Positions 1 through 9,336 of a stretch of 64,000 nucleotides of DNA are shown piece by piece. Below the pieces are notes generated by a model. That model did not search any database. It was not told the DNA's origin and saw nothing but the letters and a program-made list of their open reading frames with translations. The stretch covers positions 610 through 64,609 of the forward strand of contig JBFOMC010000068.1 of assembly GCA_040830565.1 (NCBI GenBank), given 5' to 3'. The number at the start of each line of letters is the position of its first letter. The stretch's first letter is position 1. A program made the position numbers and the translations under genes. This stretch comes from Flavobacteriaceae bacterium. Its GTDB lineage: Bacteria > Bacteroidota > Bacteroidia > Flavobacteriales > Flavobacteriaceae.

Positions 1-758
1 AGATCGACCGTTCTATTCCACCATTTCTCCTTAAATTCCTCAGAAACAGGTTCTGTTACGTCCTTTCCTTTTGGAGAATAGAGGTCGGCATATTCCGGAT
101 CTACGGTGTCGAAATGGTCTTTTTTATTATAGAAAGACCAGTTAAAGGCGTAATGCGATGAGGCACCCATGATCATTCCCTGCTTTCGTCCTTCCTCAAA
201 TAGTTCCCCAAGAACATCTCTTTTAGGCCCCATTGCGGCGGCGTTCCATCGGGTGGTATTTGATTTATACATGGCAAAGCCGTCATGATGGTCCGCCACA
301 GGAATTACATATTTGGCTCCGGCTTTTTTAAAGAGATCTATCCAGGCAGCAGGGTCAAATTTTTCCGCCTTAAACATAGGGATGAAGTCCTTATATCCAA
401 ACTCCTTCTGGTCTCCCCAGGTTTTTTTATGGTGCAGGTAGGTGTCATTAGGCCCTAGTTTTTGTAAATTAAGTTGGGCCGTAAAAGTGGCTGTATCCAT
501 ATACATTCTCCTTGGGTACCACTCAGAACCAAATGCAGGTACTGAATAAGCTCCCCAATGAATGAAAATTCCGAATTTCTTTTGATTAAACCACTCAGGG
601 TCTTTGTAGTTTTTTTTGATGGATTCCCAATTGGGTTCAAATTTTGGAATTGAATCCATGGCCGAAGCCATTTCGCCATCTGCTTTTTTTTCAGATTTAC
701 AGGCCCCAAAACAAACTAGGACCGCTATAATAACAGGGAGGTGCAATTTAAATTTCAT
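1..758 (-). CDS. alpha-L-fucosidase, GH29 family (N-terminal part only; the gene runs off the window start)
   Basis: Absent from the supplied ORF track because it is open at the window edge. My minus-strand translation from the ATG at 758..756 gives MKFKLHLPVIIAVLVCFGACKSE (lipoprotein-type signal). It continues with FGIFIHWGAYSVPAFGSEWYPRRMY, KFDPAAWIDLFKKAGAKYVIPVADHHDGFAMYKSNTTRWN and GPKRDVLGEL, which are typical GH29 catalytic-domain blocks. No stop codon occurs before position 1. Confidence 0.8.
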   Translation of the reverse strand, partial: MKFKLHLPVIIAVLVCFGACKSEKKADGEMASAMDSIPKFEPNWESIKKNYKDPEWFNQKKFGIFIHWGAYSVPAFGSEWYPRRMYMDTATFTAQLNLQKLGPNDTYLHHKKTWGDQKEFGYKDFIPMFKAEKFDPAAWIDLFKKAGAKYVIPVADHHDGFAMYKSNTTRWNAAAMGPKRDVLGELFEEGRKQGMIMGASSHYAFNWSFYNKKDHFDTVDPEYADLYSPKGKDVTEPVSEEFKEKWWNRTVD

Positions 759-868
759 AAGGTGCTGATTAGTGCTAGCTAAATTCAACTATTATGAAAG
801 ATTCAGAAATAACGAATGTCTTAATAAGTACAACAAATGGTCATGGCTACTAATTTTGCTTATCTATC

Positions 869-1732
869 TTAAACTTCGTGGCCTTGGTCTACATAGGTTG
901 ACGCATGCTTTTGTTGGTAACTAAGCGGGGTGCAACCCATAAACTTATTGAACTGCCGGTAAAAAAAAGGAAGGGAGTCATAACCCGAGGCAAATCCTAT
1001 TTGGGAAACAGAACTATCCGTATCCAATAGCATCCTCGCTGCCATGTTAATTCGGTATTCGTTTAGAAAGGTGAAAAATGGGCGCCCCATCATTTTAGTA
1101 AAAAATCTGGAAAAAGACTGTTCAGACAAATTAGTGATCTGCGACAATTCCTTTAGGTAAATCTTCCTGTCGTAATTGGCCTCTACATAGTTGTATATCT
1201 TGGTCATGCGATTTCCGTATTCTGAAGGGATATCATCCGTAAAGCTAGCCTTAGATAAGGTTCTATAGCTACACTTAGAGAGTCTGACCAAAATTCTCAA
1301 TAATTCGACATACATATCTTGCCGATCTAGTTGTGGAAAATTAACAAGCGCCTTTAGTATAGATGAGGTTTCAGCGCTGTTGAAAAGTATTCCTCTTGAA
1401 GCCGTTTTCAATAGTTCAAAAACCGATTTCAATTCCGGAACATTTGGAAACACCCCTTTGTTCCATTGTATTACTATGGACCTGGATCGCCCGGTAGATT
1501 GTAACTGATTTTTCCAGCAATGAGGCAAATTTGACCGCAGTAATACTAATTCTCCTGGTTTATAAGGGCCTACAAAGTCGCCCACAAACTTAGTTCCTAC
1601 ACTCTCTTCGATATAGGTTAACTCGTGTTGCGGATGAAAATGCCAGGGCATCTCAAAATTGGGTTTGTCGTAAGAGAATCCTATTATGGTCTTTTGTTGC
1701 CCTAGAAGTATTGGTTCTAAAATAGGTTTCAT
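869..1732 (-). CDS. AraC family transcriptional regulator (cupin-like sensor domain + AraC HTH)
   Basis: 287 aa. The N-terminus has a cupin-like WHFHPQHELTYIEE block. The C-terminus has an AraC-type double HTH (IYLKELSQITNLSEQSFSRFFTKMMG ... SVSQIGFASGYDSLPFFYRQFNKFMGCTP). It is divergent from the P450 operon. Confidence 0.9.
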   Translation of the reverse strand: MKPILEPILLGQQKTIIGFSYDKPNFEMPWHFHPQHELTYIEESVGTKFVGDFVGPYKPGELVLLRSNLPHCWKNQLQSTGRSRSIVIQWNKGVFPNVPELKSVFELLKTASRGILFNSAETSSILKALVNFPQLDRQDMYVELLRILVRLSKCSYRTLSKASFTDDIPSEYGNRMTKIYNYVEANYDRKIYLKELSQITNLSEQSFSRFFTKMMGRPFFTFLNEYRINMAARMLLDTDSSVSQIGFASGYDSLPFFYRQFNKFMGCTPLSYQQKHASTYVDQGHEV

Positions 1733-1949
1733 GGGTACCGTTATTTAGGTGCGGATCAAAGAAGTGGTCAGGCTAAACCAAGCGCGGCTATTGATGGTTC
1801 TATCATATCTTATTTTGACATAAAAAAATCAATTCTCGTATTAAATATACAGAATAGTGTATGATTTGGCTAAAAAACACTACCGAATCTGATTATTTTT
1901 AAGCAATTTTTGCAGGTATAAGAGATCAATATGATCACGATATAAAAAA
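1733..1949. promoter_or_regulatory. Divergent intergenic control region between the AraC regulator and the P450 operon
   Basis: 217-bp AT-rich spacer between divergently oriented genes. I could not define -33/-7 elements with confidence. Confidence 0.35.
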
Positions 1950-3122
1950 ATGAATGTAGCAATGAAGAAAAGTGAATTTTCAGATCCTTTTGAGCAGGCG
2001 CGACTAGAAAAGGGCTTCGGGGAGATGAATGATCAGGATGATCCGGTTACTATGCTCTTACGGCATAAAGATGTGCGGAAGTGTGCACATAACTACAAAA
2101 CCTTCACCTCGGCTGCTGTTCCGGGCAGAATTGTGGTACCCTCTGAGGTCAACATCCGAGATACCAGACAGATTCCCTTTGAAGTGGACCCACCGGTTCA
2201 TACAGACTATAGGGCTGTGGTAGAGCCTTGGTTTAAAAGGCCCTTACAACCGCCATATCAGGAAAAATTGGCGTCAATAATAACTGCAATTGTCGATGAG
2301 GCCATTGAGAATGATAAGGTCGAGGTGGTCAATGAGTTTGCCCTACCATTACAATCAAGAGCTTTGACCTTATTACTCAACACCCCTCATGCCGAGGCGG
2401 AGACCTGGATCTCATGGGGCACTCATGTCTTTAGAAGTGAGGGGGAGGCCCTGGACGGTGACAAAGCGAATATACTATACGATTATATTGATCAACAGAT
2501 TGAGGCCGCCATTGAAAATCCTGGCGAAGATATGTACTCCGTGTTATTGGCTTCAGAATTTCAGGGAAGAAAACTGAGCAGGGAAGAAGTAAAGGGTGTA
2601 ATGGTCCTCACTTTTGCCGGGGGCCGGGATACGGTCATAAATGCCGTCACCAATTCCATAGCATACTTGGCAGAACATTCGGAGTCGCTCAAACGCCTCC
2701 GAGAGGAGCCCGAGATAACTAGCAAGGCAGTGGAGGAGTTCATTCGCTATTTTGCTCCCTTAACCCACATGGGGCGTGTTGTTACTGAGGACGTTCAGCT
2801 CTGCGAACATGCAGTAAAAGCAGATAGTCGTATTTCCTTGTGTTGGGCCTCTGCCAATAGGGATGCCTCAGTATTTGAAGATCCCAATGAGATCGTATTG
2901 GATCGAAAAATAAATCCCCATGTGGGCTTTGGTTTTAGTCACCACAATTGTCTGGGAGCCACTCATGCGCGTCAAATTCTAAAGACCTTACTTAATACGC
3001 TAGCTACTAAGGTTGCGTCTATAGAAATTCTTGATTATCAGGAAAACATAGAAGATCTTGAGAACTTTAAGCGGAAGGTAGGCTTTGACCGAATAAATGT
3101 AAAATTCAATAGATTAACTTAA
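1950..3122 (+). CDS. cytochrome P450 monooxygenase (candidate 6-O-methyl-D-galactose demethylase type)
   Basis: 390 aa. Heme Cys-ligand loop FGFSHHNCLG at 2928..2957, I-helix-like FAGGRDTV, EEFIRY (ExxR). Followed immediately by its redox partners. Confidence 0.93.
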   Translation: MNVAMKKSEFSDPFEQARLEKGFGEMNDQDDPVTMLLRHKDVRKCAHNYKTFTSAAVPGRIVVPSEVNIRDTRQIPFEVDPPVHTDYRAVVEPWFKRPLQPPYQEKLASIITAIVDEAIENDKVEVVNEFALPLQSRALTLLLNTPHAEAETWISWGTHVFRSEGEALDGDKANILYDYIDQQIEAAIENPGEDMYSVLLASEFQGRKLSREEVKGVMVLTFAGGRDTVINAVTNSIAYLAEHSESLKRLREEPEITSKAVEEFIRYFAPLTHMGRVVTEDVQLCEHAVKADSRISLCWASANRDASVFEDPNEIVLDRKINPHVGFGFSHHNCLGATHARQILKTLLNTLATKVASIEILDYQENIEDLENFKRKVGFDRINVKFNRLT

Positions 3123-3136
3123 AACAAAAATAAATT

Positions 3137-3445
3137 ATGGCGGAGATTACGTTTATAACCAGCAGTGGGGAAACGATTACTGTGAGCGGAAATTCCGGAT
3201 CTGTGATGACCCTGGCTGTTGACAACGGCATCAGCGGTATTGATGGAGACTGTGGGGGAGTTTGTTCCTGCGCTACCTGTCATGTCCATGTTGCTCCCGG
3301 AGATATGTCCAAAACCGGCGAGGCTAGTGAAATTGAGAAAGATATGTTGGAATTAGATGATAATGCTGATGAATATAGCCGATTGGGTTGCCAAATAGAA
3401 ATTAGTGATGCTATTGACGGGGTGGTTTTACGCGTGGCGAAATAA
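3137..3445 (+). CDS. 2Fe-2S ferredoxin (adrenodoxin/putidaredoxin type)
   Basis: 102 aa. Cys pattern CGGVCSCATCHV plus a distal GCQ. Lies 14 nt after the P450 stop. Confidence 0.9.
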   Translation: MAEITFITSSGETITVSGNSGSVMTLAVDNGISGIDGDCGGVCSCATCHVHVAPGDMSKTGEASEIEKDMLELDDNADEYSRLGCQIEISDAIDGVVLRVAK

Positions 3446-3451
3446 AGGAAT

Positions 3452-4717
3452 TTGAAATCCATGACTGTGCAAAAAACTACCGCTAAAGTATGCATTGTGA
3501 TCGGAGCCAGTCATGCGGGTGTAAATGTTGCCTTTGCTCTTAGACGGGAGGGCTGGGACGGCACTATTTTACTTTTTGATGCGGACAAGACCTTGCCTTA
3601 TCATCGTCCACCCTTATCAAAAACTTACTTCACAAGCGAAGATACTATTGAAAAGCATCTTTTAAAGCCCGCTGAAAGCTATGATAAGGAGAACATTACC
3701 CTGCGTTTGGGAGCTACTGTAAGTAGGATAGACAGTGAAACAAAAAGAGTAACTTTAGATGATGGCGAAACATTATCTTACGACAAGCTTGTGATCGCTA
3801 CGGGTGCCCGTCCAATAATTCCCCCTATCCCTGGTATTGAGACTACGTCTGGGATCTTTCCATTGAGGACTGCTGCAGATGTTTCAAAGATTCGAGATGC
3901 TCTGAAGCTAAGCGGGAACAAAAAAGTAGTGATTGTCGGAGGAGGTTATATAGGCCTGGAAACCGCAGCTTCTTTGAGTAAATTAAAGCTAGCGGTTACC
4001 GTGCTCGAAAGAGAAGAGCGCATTTTGGCAAGGGTTACTGCTCCGGATATGTCGGACTTTTTTCAGTGGCTTCATCAGGAGAATGGGGTTGAAGTATTAA
4101 CATCTAAAGATGTGGTCGAGATAAAGACCGTTGGTAAAGAGAAACAGCTGGTCTGCGGCGATGGTTCTTACTATTTGGCAGATATGATCATATTAGGGGT
4201 GGGAATCAAAGTAAATAAGGAACTTGCGGCAAGTGCAGGACTAAAAACAAAAAATGGGATCTGTGTAGATGATAGGTGCAGAACAAGCAATGAAGACATA
4301 TTTGCAATAGGAGATTGTACGTATTATTACAGTGCCAGATACGACCGTTTTTTACGCTTGGAATCTGTTCAAAATGCCATTGATCAGGCCAAAGTTGCAG
4401 CTATGGCTATATGTGGTAAAGAGACAGTTTACGATTCTTTGCCTTGGTTTTGGTCAGATCAATACGATGTAAAGCTTCAAATGGTTGGTCTTTCCGAAGG
4501 CTTTACCGAGGCTTTGCTTAGAAAGGATGTGGAAGATGCCAAGAGTTTCTCCGTTTGGTATTTTAAAGGTGACCGTTTGCTGGCCGTAGACGCGGTGAAT
4601 AATACCAAGGCTTACGTCTATGGAACAAAAATCATTAAAGCTGACCAAAAAATAGATAAGTCAAAATTGGTGGATCCTTCAGAAGAATTTAAGTTGACTA
4701 ACCTTTTGGTAGATTAG
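3452..4717 (+). CDS. FAD-dependent NAD(P)H:ferredoxin reductase (putidaredoxin-reductase-like)
   Basis: 421 aa. N-terminal dinucleotide fold VCIVIGASHAG, second fold VVIVGGGYIGLE, IFAIGDC motif. Lies 6 nt after the ferredoxin. Confidence 0.9.
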   Translation: MKSMTVQKTTAKVCIVIGASHAGVNVAFALRREGWDGTILLFDADKTLPYHRPPLSKTYFTSEDTIEKHLLKPAESYDKENITLRLGATVSRIDSETKRVTLDDGETLSYDKLVIATGARPIIPPIPGIETTSGIFPLRTAADVSKIRDALKLSGNKKVVIVGGGYIGLETAASLSKLKLAVTVLEREERILARVTAPDMSDFFQWLHQENGVEVLTSKDVVEIKTVGKEKQLVCGDGSYYLADMIILGVGIKVNKELAASAGLKTKNGICVDDRCRTSNEDIFAIGDCTYYYSARYDRFLRLESVQNAIDQAKVAAMAICGKETVYDSLPWFWSDQYDVKLQMVGLSEGFTEALLRKDVEDAKSFSVWYFKGDRLLAVDAVNNTKAYVYGTKIIKADQKIDKSKLVDPSEEFKLTNLLVD

Positions 4718-4776
4718 CTTGCCATATTTTTAATACAAATTGGAAAACAGCCTGGACCATCGCTAAAAAGAGAATT

Positions 4777-5895
4777 ATGCACTTACATTCTAAATCTGCT
4801 ATTGCCACAGGAGACGGAAATTTTGTGATAGACCAGGTAAAGCTAAGCTCCCCTCGCCCCGATGAGGTTTTGGTTAAGATGAAGGCTGCCGGACTTTGTC
4901 ATACAGATCACGATTCTCTCCATTGGGGCAAACCAATAGTTATGGGTCATGAAGGCGCCGGCATTGTCGAGGAGATCGGTGCTGAGGTCACAAATTTTGC
5001 CGTTGGAGATCGTGTAATTCTGAACTGGGCCACACCTTGTGGAGTATGTTTTCAGTGTTCTTTAGGCAATCAGCATATTTGTGAGACAAACTCGCCTGTG
5101 GTCGCCGGTAGTAATGGTTTCACACCAGGGCATGCCCATCTACAGGGAACTACATATAAAGGTAAGCCCATTGAACGCTCTTTTAACCTGGGGACTATTT
5201 CTGAATATGCGCTGGTTAAAGCGTCTGCCGTGGTCAGGAACCCATCAGCTAAAATGTCTTTCCCTGCCGCTAGCATCATCAGTTGTGGCGTAATGACCGG
5301 ATACGGGTCTGTAGTAAATTCTGCCAAGGTGGTTGAAGGGAGCTCTGTAGTGGTTTTAGGCACTGGAGGAGTTGGTCTCAGTGTTATTCAAGGCGCAAAG
5401 ATCAGCAAAGCCAATATGATCATAGCTATAGATATCAATGAAGGACGTCTTGACATGGCCAAAGCCTTTGGGGCAACGCATATAATAAAGGCAGAAAAAA
5501 GCGATATTGGCTTACTAAAAGCCTCAGAATCTGTGAAACAAATGACGGGGGGAAGAGGGGCCGACTACGCCTTTGAATGTACTGCCGTCCCGGAACTTGG
5601 AGTAGCACCGCTGGCCATGGTAAGAAATGCAGGGACAGCCGTTCAGGTGAGTGGAATTGAACAGGAAATTACCGTCGATATGAATTTATTTGAATGGGAC
5701 AAGGTTTATATCAATCCCCTATATGGCGGTTGTAACCCGCAGAAAGACTTTCCTCAGATTGTAGCCCATTATAATTCAGGATCCTTAAAACTAGAAGAAA
5801 TGATCTCGAAAACCTATAGTCTGGATCAATTAGACCAGGCTTTTTCCGATATGTTATCCGGGAAAAATGCTAAAGGAGTCATCGTATTTGATTAA
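4777..5895 (+). CDS. zinc-dependent alcohol dehydrogenase (MDR family)
   Basis: 372 aa. Catalytic Zn signature GLCHTDH ... GHEGAGIVEEIG, structural Zn cluster CGVCFQCSLGNQHIC, NAD fold VLGTGGVGL. Confidence 0.9.
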   Translation: MHLHSKSAIATGDGNFVIDQVKLSSPRPDEVLVKMKAAGLCHTDHDSLHWGKPIVMGHEGAGIVEEIGAEVTNFAVGDRVILNWATPCGVCFQCSLGNQHICETNSPVVAGSNGFTPGHAHLQGTTYKGKPIERSFNLGTISEYALVKASAVVRNPSAKMSFPAASIISCGVMTGYGSVVNSAKVVEGSSVVVLGTGGVGLSVIQGAKISKANMIIAIDINEGRLDMAKAFGATHIIKAEKSDIGLLKASESVKQMTGGRGADYAFECTAVPELGVAPLAMVRNAGTAVQVSGIEQEITVDMNLFEWDKVYINPLYGGCNPQKDFPQIVAHYNSGSLKLEEMISKTYSLDQLDQAFSDMLSGKNAKGVIVFD

Positions 5896-5903
5896 TTTGA
5901 ACC

Positions 5904-6695
5904 ATGTTCAGAACTACAGAAATATCTGATCCTAAATTTGAATCGAACCACCTAAGGTTCATCACTATCAAGAGTAAAAATCTTAAAGGAAGGGGAGATA
6001 TCTGCCTTTTTGTGCCCCCGGGAAAAGTTTTGGAAGAGGTACCGCTGGTGATTCTTCTGCACGGGGTTTATGGAAGTTCCTGGGTTTGGACACAAAAAGG
6101 AGGAGTACATATAACGGCCCTTGACATGATGAGTCGAGACGAAATAAAACCTATGGTGATTGCTATGCCCTCCGATGGGCTTTGGGGAGACGGCTCCGCC
6201 TATCTGGCACACAACAATAGGGATTTTGAACAGTGGATTGTCAATGATGTTAGGACGGCGGTTATTAACAATATTGAGGGGGTTACTAAGAAGTCCAAAG
6301 TATGCATTGGAGGATTGTCTATGGGAGGCTTTGGAGCCCTGAGGCTCGGAATTAAATACAGTGGTGTCTTTAGTGCAATTTCCGCGCATTCTGCCATCAC
6401 AGCTATAGATCAAATGCCTTTGTTTGTAGAAGAGCCACTGCAAAATTTTGTTCAGGATACGAATGAAGAAAATGCTGTACTCCCTCTGGCGATCAGCAAA
6501 AAAAATAATTTGCCTAAGATCAGATTTGACTGTGGCCGGGAAGATCTCTTAATAGATCACAACAGGGCTTTACACCAGGGCCTTTTAGAAAATGCGATTG
6601 AACATAAATACGAAGAATTTTCCGGTGCCCACGAATGGCCTTACTGGCAGGAACATATAAAAGACAGTCTCCGATTTTTTAATTCGACCATCTGA
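5904..6695 (+). CDS. alpha/beta-hydrolase, putative esterase (esterase D / S-formylglutathione-hydrolase-like fold)
   Basis: 263 aa. Nucleophile elbow GGLSMGGFGAL and a C-terminal HEWPYW block. Lies 8 nt after the ADH. Confidence 0.75.
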   Translation: MFRTTEISDPKFESNHLRFITIKSKNLKGRGDICLFVPPGKVLEEVPLVILLHGVYGSSWVWTQKGGVHITALDMMSRDEIKPMVIAMPSDGLWGDGSAYLAHNNRDFEQWIVNDVRTAVINNIEGVTKKSKVCIGGLSMGGFGALRLGIKYSGVFSAISAHSAITAIDQMPLFVEEPLQNFVQDTNEENAVLPLAISKKNNLPKIRFDCGREDLLIDHNRALHQGLLENAIEHKYEEFSGAHEWPYWQEHIKDSLRFFNSTI

Positions 6696-6755
6696 GGCCA
6701 AGAATTGAGATTTTAAGTTTACCTTAATGCTATTACCTCATAAGATGCATTATCA

Positions 6756-7637
6756 ATGACAGGAATAAAAGATCTTGCCGAAGAACACGGCCTGGTGTCC
6801 GAACTGTTTAGGCTTCCAACCACCCAGGAAGAGTGGGATCAATATAAATTAAGTGATGAACAGCTGGCTCATTTTCATGAATACGGATATGTATCGGGAA
6901 TTAAGTTGCTTGAAGATGAGCAGATCCAAGTTTTGAAAAAAGAGCTTGAAGAGCTTAGAGATCCAAAACATCCCGGACATCATTTGTTTTATGAGTTTCA
7001 CAGCAATGAGTCTGAAGACCCCAATGCGGTGCTATTCCATTCTCTTGGACATTGGCGCATAAGTCCTGGTTTTCATGACGTACTATGGAATCCTGCATTT
7101 TTGATGGCAGCTCACCAGCTTTTAGAACATAAGGCGGTGCGTTTCTGGCACGATCAGCTGTTTTGTAAGCCAGCCAGGCATGGTGGAGTAGTGGCCTGGC
7201 ATCAGGATTACTCGTACTGGACACGCACCATTGCCATGCAGCATTTAACCTGCTGGACCGGTCTTGACGATGCTACCACTGCCAATGGATGTCTTCATTA
7301 CATCCCCAGGAGTCATAAATGGGGCTTACTGGATGCCCCTGCTCTCGCGGGAGATATGGAAGGCTTAATGGCACATCTCTCAAAAGATCAAAAGGCGGCA
7401 TTTAAACCGGTTTCTATTGAACTCAAGAAAGGATATAGTACTTTCCATCACCCTTTAATGGTACATGGTTCCTATGAAAACAAATCGGAATTCAGCAGAA
7501 GAGCCTTTGTCTTAAACGTTTTTGCAGATGGAACAGTTTCCAATACCAATGACGAACTTTTGGCAGGAGTTCCCAAAATCCCCAAAGGACATAAAATGGA
7601 AGGTAAATTCTTTCCCTTGTTGTATCCCCCTAACTAA
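6756..7637 (+). CDS. PhyH-family Fe(II)/2-oxoglutarate-dependent dioxygenase
   Basis: 293 aa. VVAWHQDYSYW (HxD metal ligands), distal FHHPLMVHGS histidine, SRRAF arginine, in the pattern of phytanoyl-CoA dioxygenase-like proteins. Confidence 0.8.
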   Translation: MTGIKDLAEEHGLVSELFRLPTTQEEWDQYKLSDEQLAHFHEYGYVSGIKLLEDEQIQVLKKELEELRDPKHPGHHLFYEFHSNESEDPNAVLFHSLGHWRISPGFHDVLWNPAFLMAAHQLLEHKAVRFWHDQLFCKPARHGGVVAWHQDYSYWTRTIAMQHLTCWTGLDDATTANGCLHYIPRSHKWGLLDAPALAGDMEGLMAHLSKDQKAAFKPVSIELKKGYSTFHHPLMVHGSYENKSEFSRRAFVLNVFADGTVSNTNDELLAGVPKIPKGHKMEGKFFPLLYPPN

Positions 7638-7674
7638 ATGAAAATTTTCAGCCTACGCCTAAGGAAAATATAAT

Positions 7675-9336
7675 ATGCAGATCATGAAATTGCTACTTCC
7701 CATCCTAGGTTTTATTTTATGCATGACCGGATCCGGTCTATACGGACAAGCTCGGCCAAATTTTGTTTTCATTTTAACAGATGACCAGTCCTATGGTTAT
7801 ATGGGATGCACCGGCAATAATCTGGTGCAAACTCCCCATCTTGATCAAATGGCAGAGGACGGGATCTTATTTACAAAGGCTTACATCACAAGTGCTATCT
7901 GTACCCCTAGTAGAGTATCTATTCTTTTAAGCCAATTTGAACGCAAACACGGTGTTAACTTTAACTCAGGTACTAGTGTATCTGAAGAGGCATGGGCTAA
8001 TTCATACCCCGTAATCATGCGTAATAAGGGGTATTACACCGGTTGGATCGGAAAAAACCATGCACCAATCGGGAATGGAGGTTATGAAAGTGGTGTAATG
8101 GAACAAAGCTTTGATTACTGGTACGCCGGCCACGGCCATCTCTCATTTTATCCCAAAGAAAGACATGAAATTTTTAAAAAGGCAAAAGCGGATACTCAGG
8201 TCGAAATTATCCAAGAAGGCGTTGTTGATTTTCTGACAACGAATGAGCATAAGTTGGAGGGAGCCATACAGTTTTTAGAAAAGCGACCTAAAGATCAACC
8301 CTTTATGCTATCGCTCAATTTTAATCTACCTCACAGTGCCGGAACCGGGAGTATGGAACTAAGAGACTCTGATGATGAAATATACAGGTCCTTATACCGC
8401 GATAAAACAATACCGCTGCCACAAAACTACATCGCTAAGAAAGATATTGAACAGCCTAAATTGCCTCCTGAGCTTTTGAAAGCAGAAAACAGACAAAACA
8501 GCTATGATTTTGTAGATAATCCGGCAACCCTTAGAGAACGCTATATCAGGCAATTACAGGCTATGACGGGTATAGACCGACTGGTAGGGCAATTGAGGCA
8601 ACATTTAAAACAACAGAATCTTGAGGATAATACGGTTATAATTTTCACTTCGGATCATGGTTTGTTCATGGGGGAATTCGGACTAGGAGGGAAGGCCTTG
8701 TGCTATGAAAAAACCACACATGTACCATTGATAGTGATGGACCCCGGCCTTAGAGAAGATCTAAGGGGTAAAAGAAACGACGCCCTTGTGCAAAGTATTG
8801 ACATAGCGCCAACCATACTTAAAAGAGCTGGAATTCCGCTACCATCAAGTTTTCAGGGAAAAGATTTATCAGGTATTATTACCGGCAGTAAAAAGGAGGT
8901 GCGAAATTATGTGTATACAGAGAACCTGTGGTCCACACCTTTTGGAAATCCGAGATGTGAAGCGATTCAAGACAAGGACTGGAAGTATATCCGATATTAC
9001 CGGAATAGTAATGTACCTGCTTTGAGCATGATAGAGGTCGCCCAACAAATGGGCCTTAAGCCTGGACAAATGCTATATGGAATTCACGATCAGGGCATGG
9101 CTGTTTATAGCGAATATATAGAAGCTCCTTTGAAGGGAGAACCTGCAGTATATGAAGAATTATATCATTTAGCAGAGGATCCTTCAGAGCAGCATAATCT
9201 TGCAGGTCAAGAGGCTCATGAACAGAAACTCCAGGAATTAAGGGTGGTTTGGCAACGACAAATTAAAGAGGCCAGGGGTTCAGGTTTTGCAAAAGTGAAT
9301 AGATATACCGTTGAAAGTAAACTGGAAAAGGGTTGA
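7675..9336 (+). CDS. S1 family sulfatase (formylglycine-dependent)
   Basis: 553 aa. Signal peptide, FVFILTDDQSYG, CTPSR motif (SAICTPSRVSILLS), FTSDHG. Confidence 0.92.
   Translation: MQIMKLLLPILGFILCMTGSGLYGQARPNFVFILTDDQSYGYMGCTGNNLVQTPHLDQMAEDGILFTKAYITSAICTPSRVSILLSQFERKHGVNFNSGTSVSEEAWANSYPVIMRNKGYYTGWIGKNHAPIGNGGYESGVMEQSFDYWYAGHGHLSFYPKERHEIFKKAKADTQVEIIQEGVVDFLTTNEHKLEGAIQFLEKRPKDQPFMLSLNFNLPHSAGTGSMELRDSDDEIYRSLYRDKTIPLPQNYIAKKDIEQPKLPPELLKAENRQNSYDFVDNPATLRERYIRQLQAMTGIDRLVGQLRQHLKQQNLEDNTVIIFTSDHGLFMGEFGLGGKALCYEKTTHVPLIVMDPGLREDLRGKRNDALVQSIDIAPTILKRAGIPLPSSFQGKDLSGIITGSKKEVRNYVYTENLWSTPFGNPRCEAIQDKDWKYIRYYRNSNVPALSMIEVAQQMGLKPGQMLYGIHDQGMAVYSEYIEAPLKGEPAVYEELYHLAEDPSEQHNLAGQEAHEQKLQELRVVWQRQIKEARGSGFAKVNRYTVESKLEKG

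Noticed and set aside
455-709. 84-aa minus-strand ORF from the supplied track.
   Set aside because: It is out of frame with, and fully inside, the much better supported GH29 reading frame (1..758, minus). The translation has no recognisable motifs.
5952-6443. 163-aa antisense ORF (plus shorter ones) inside the esterase gene.
   Set aside because: It is a shadow ORF opposite a gene with a clear GxSxG hydrolase signature.
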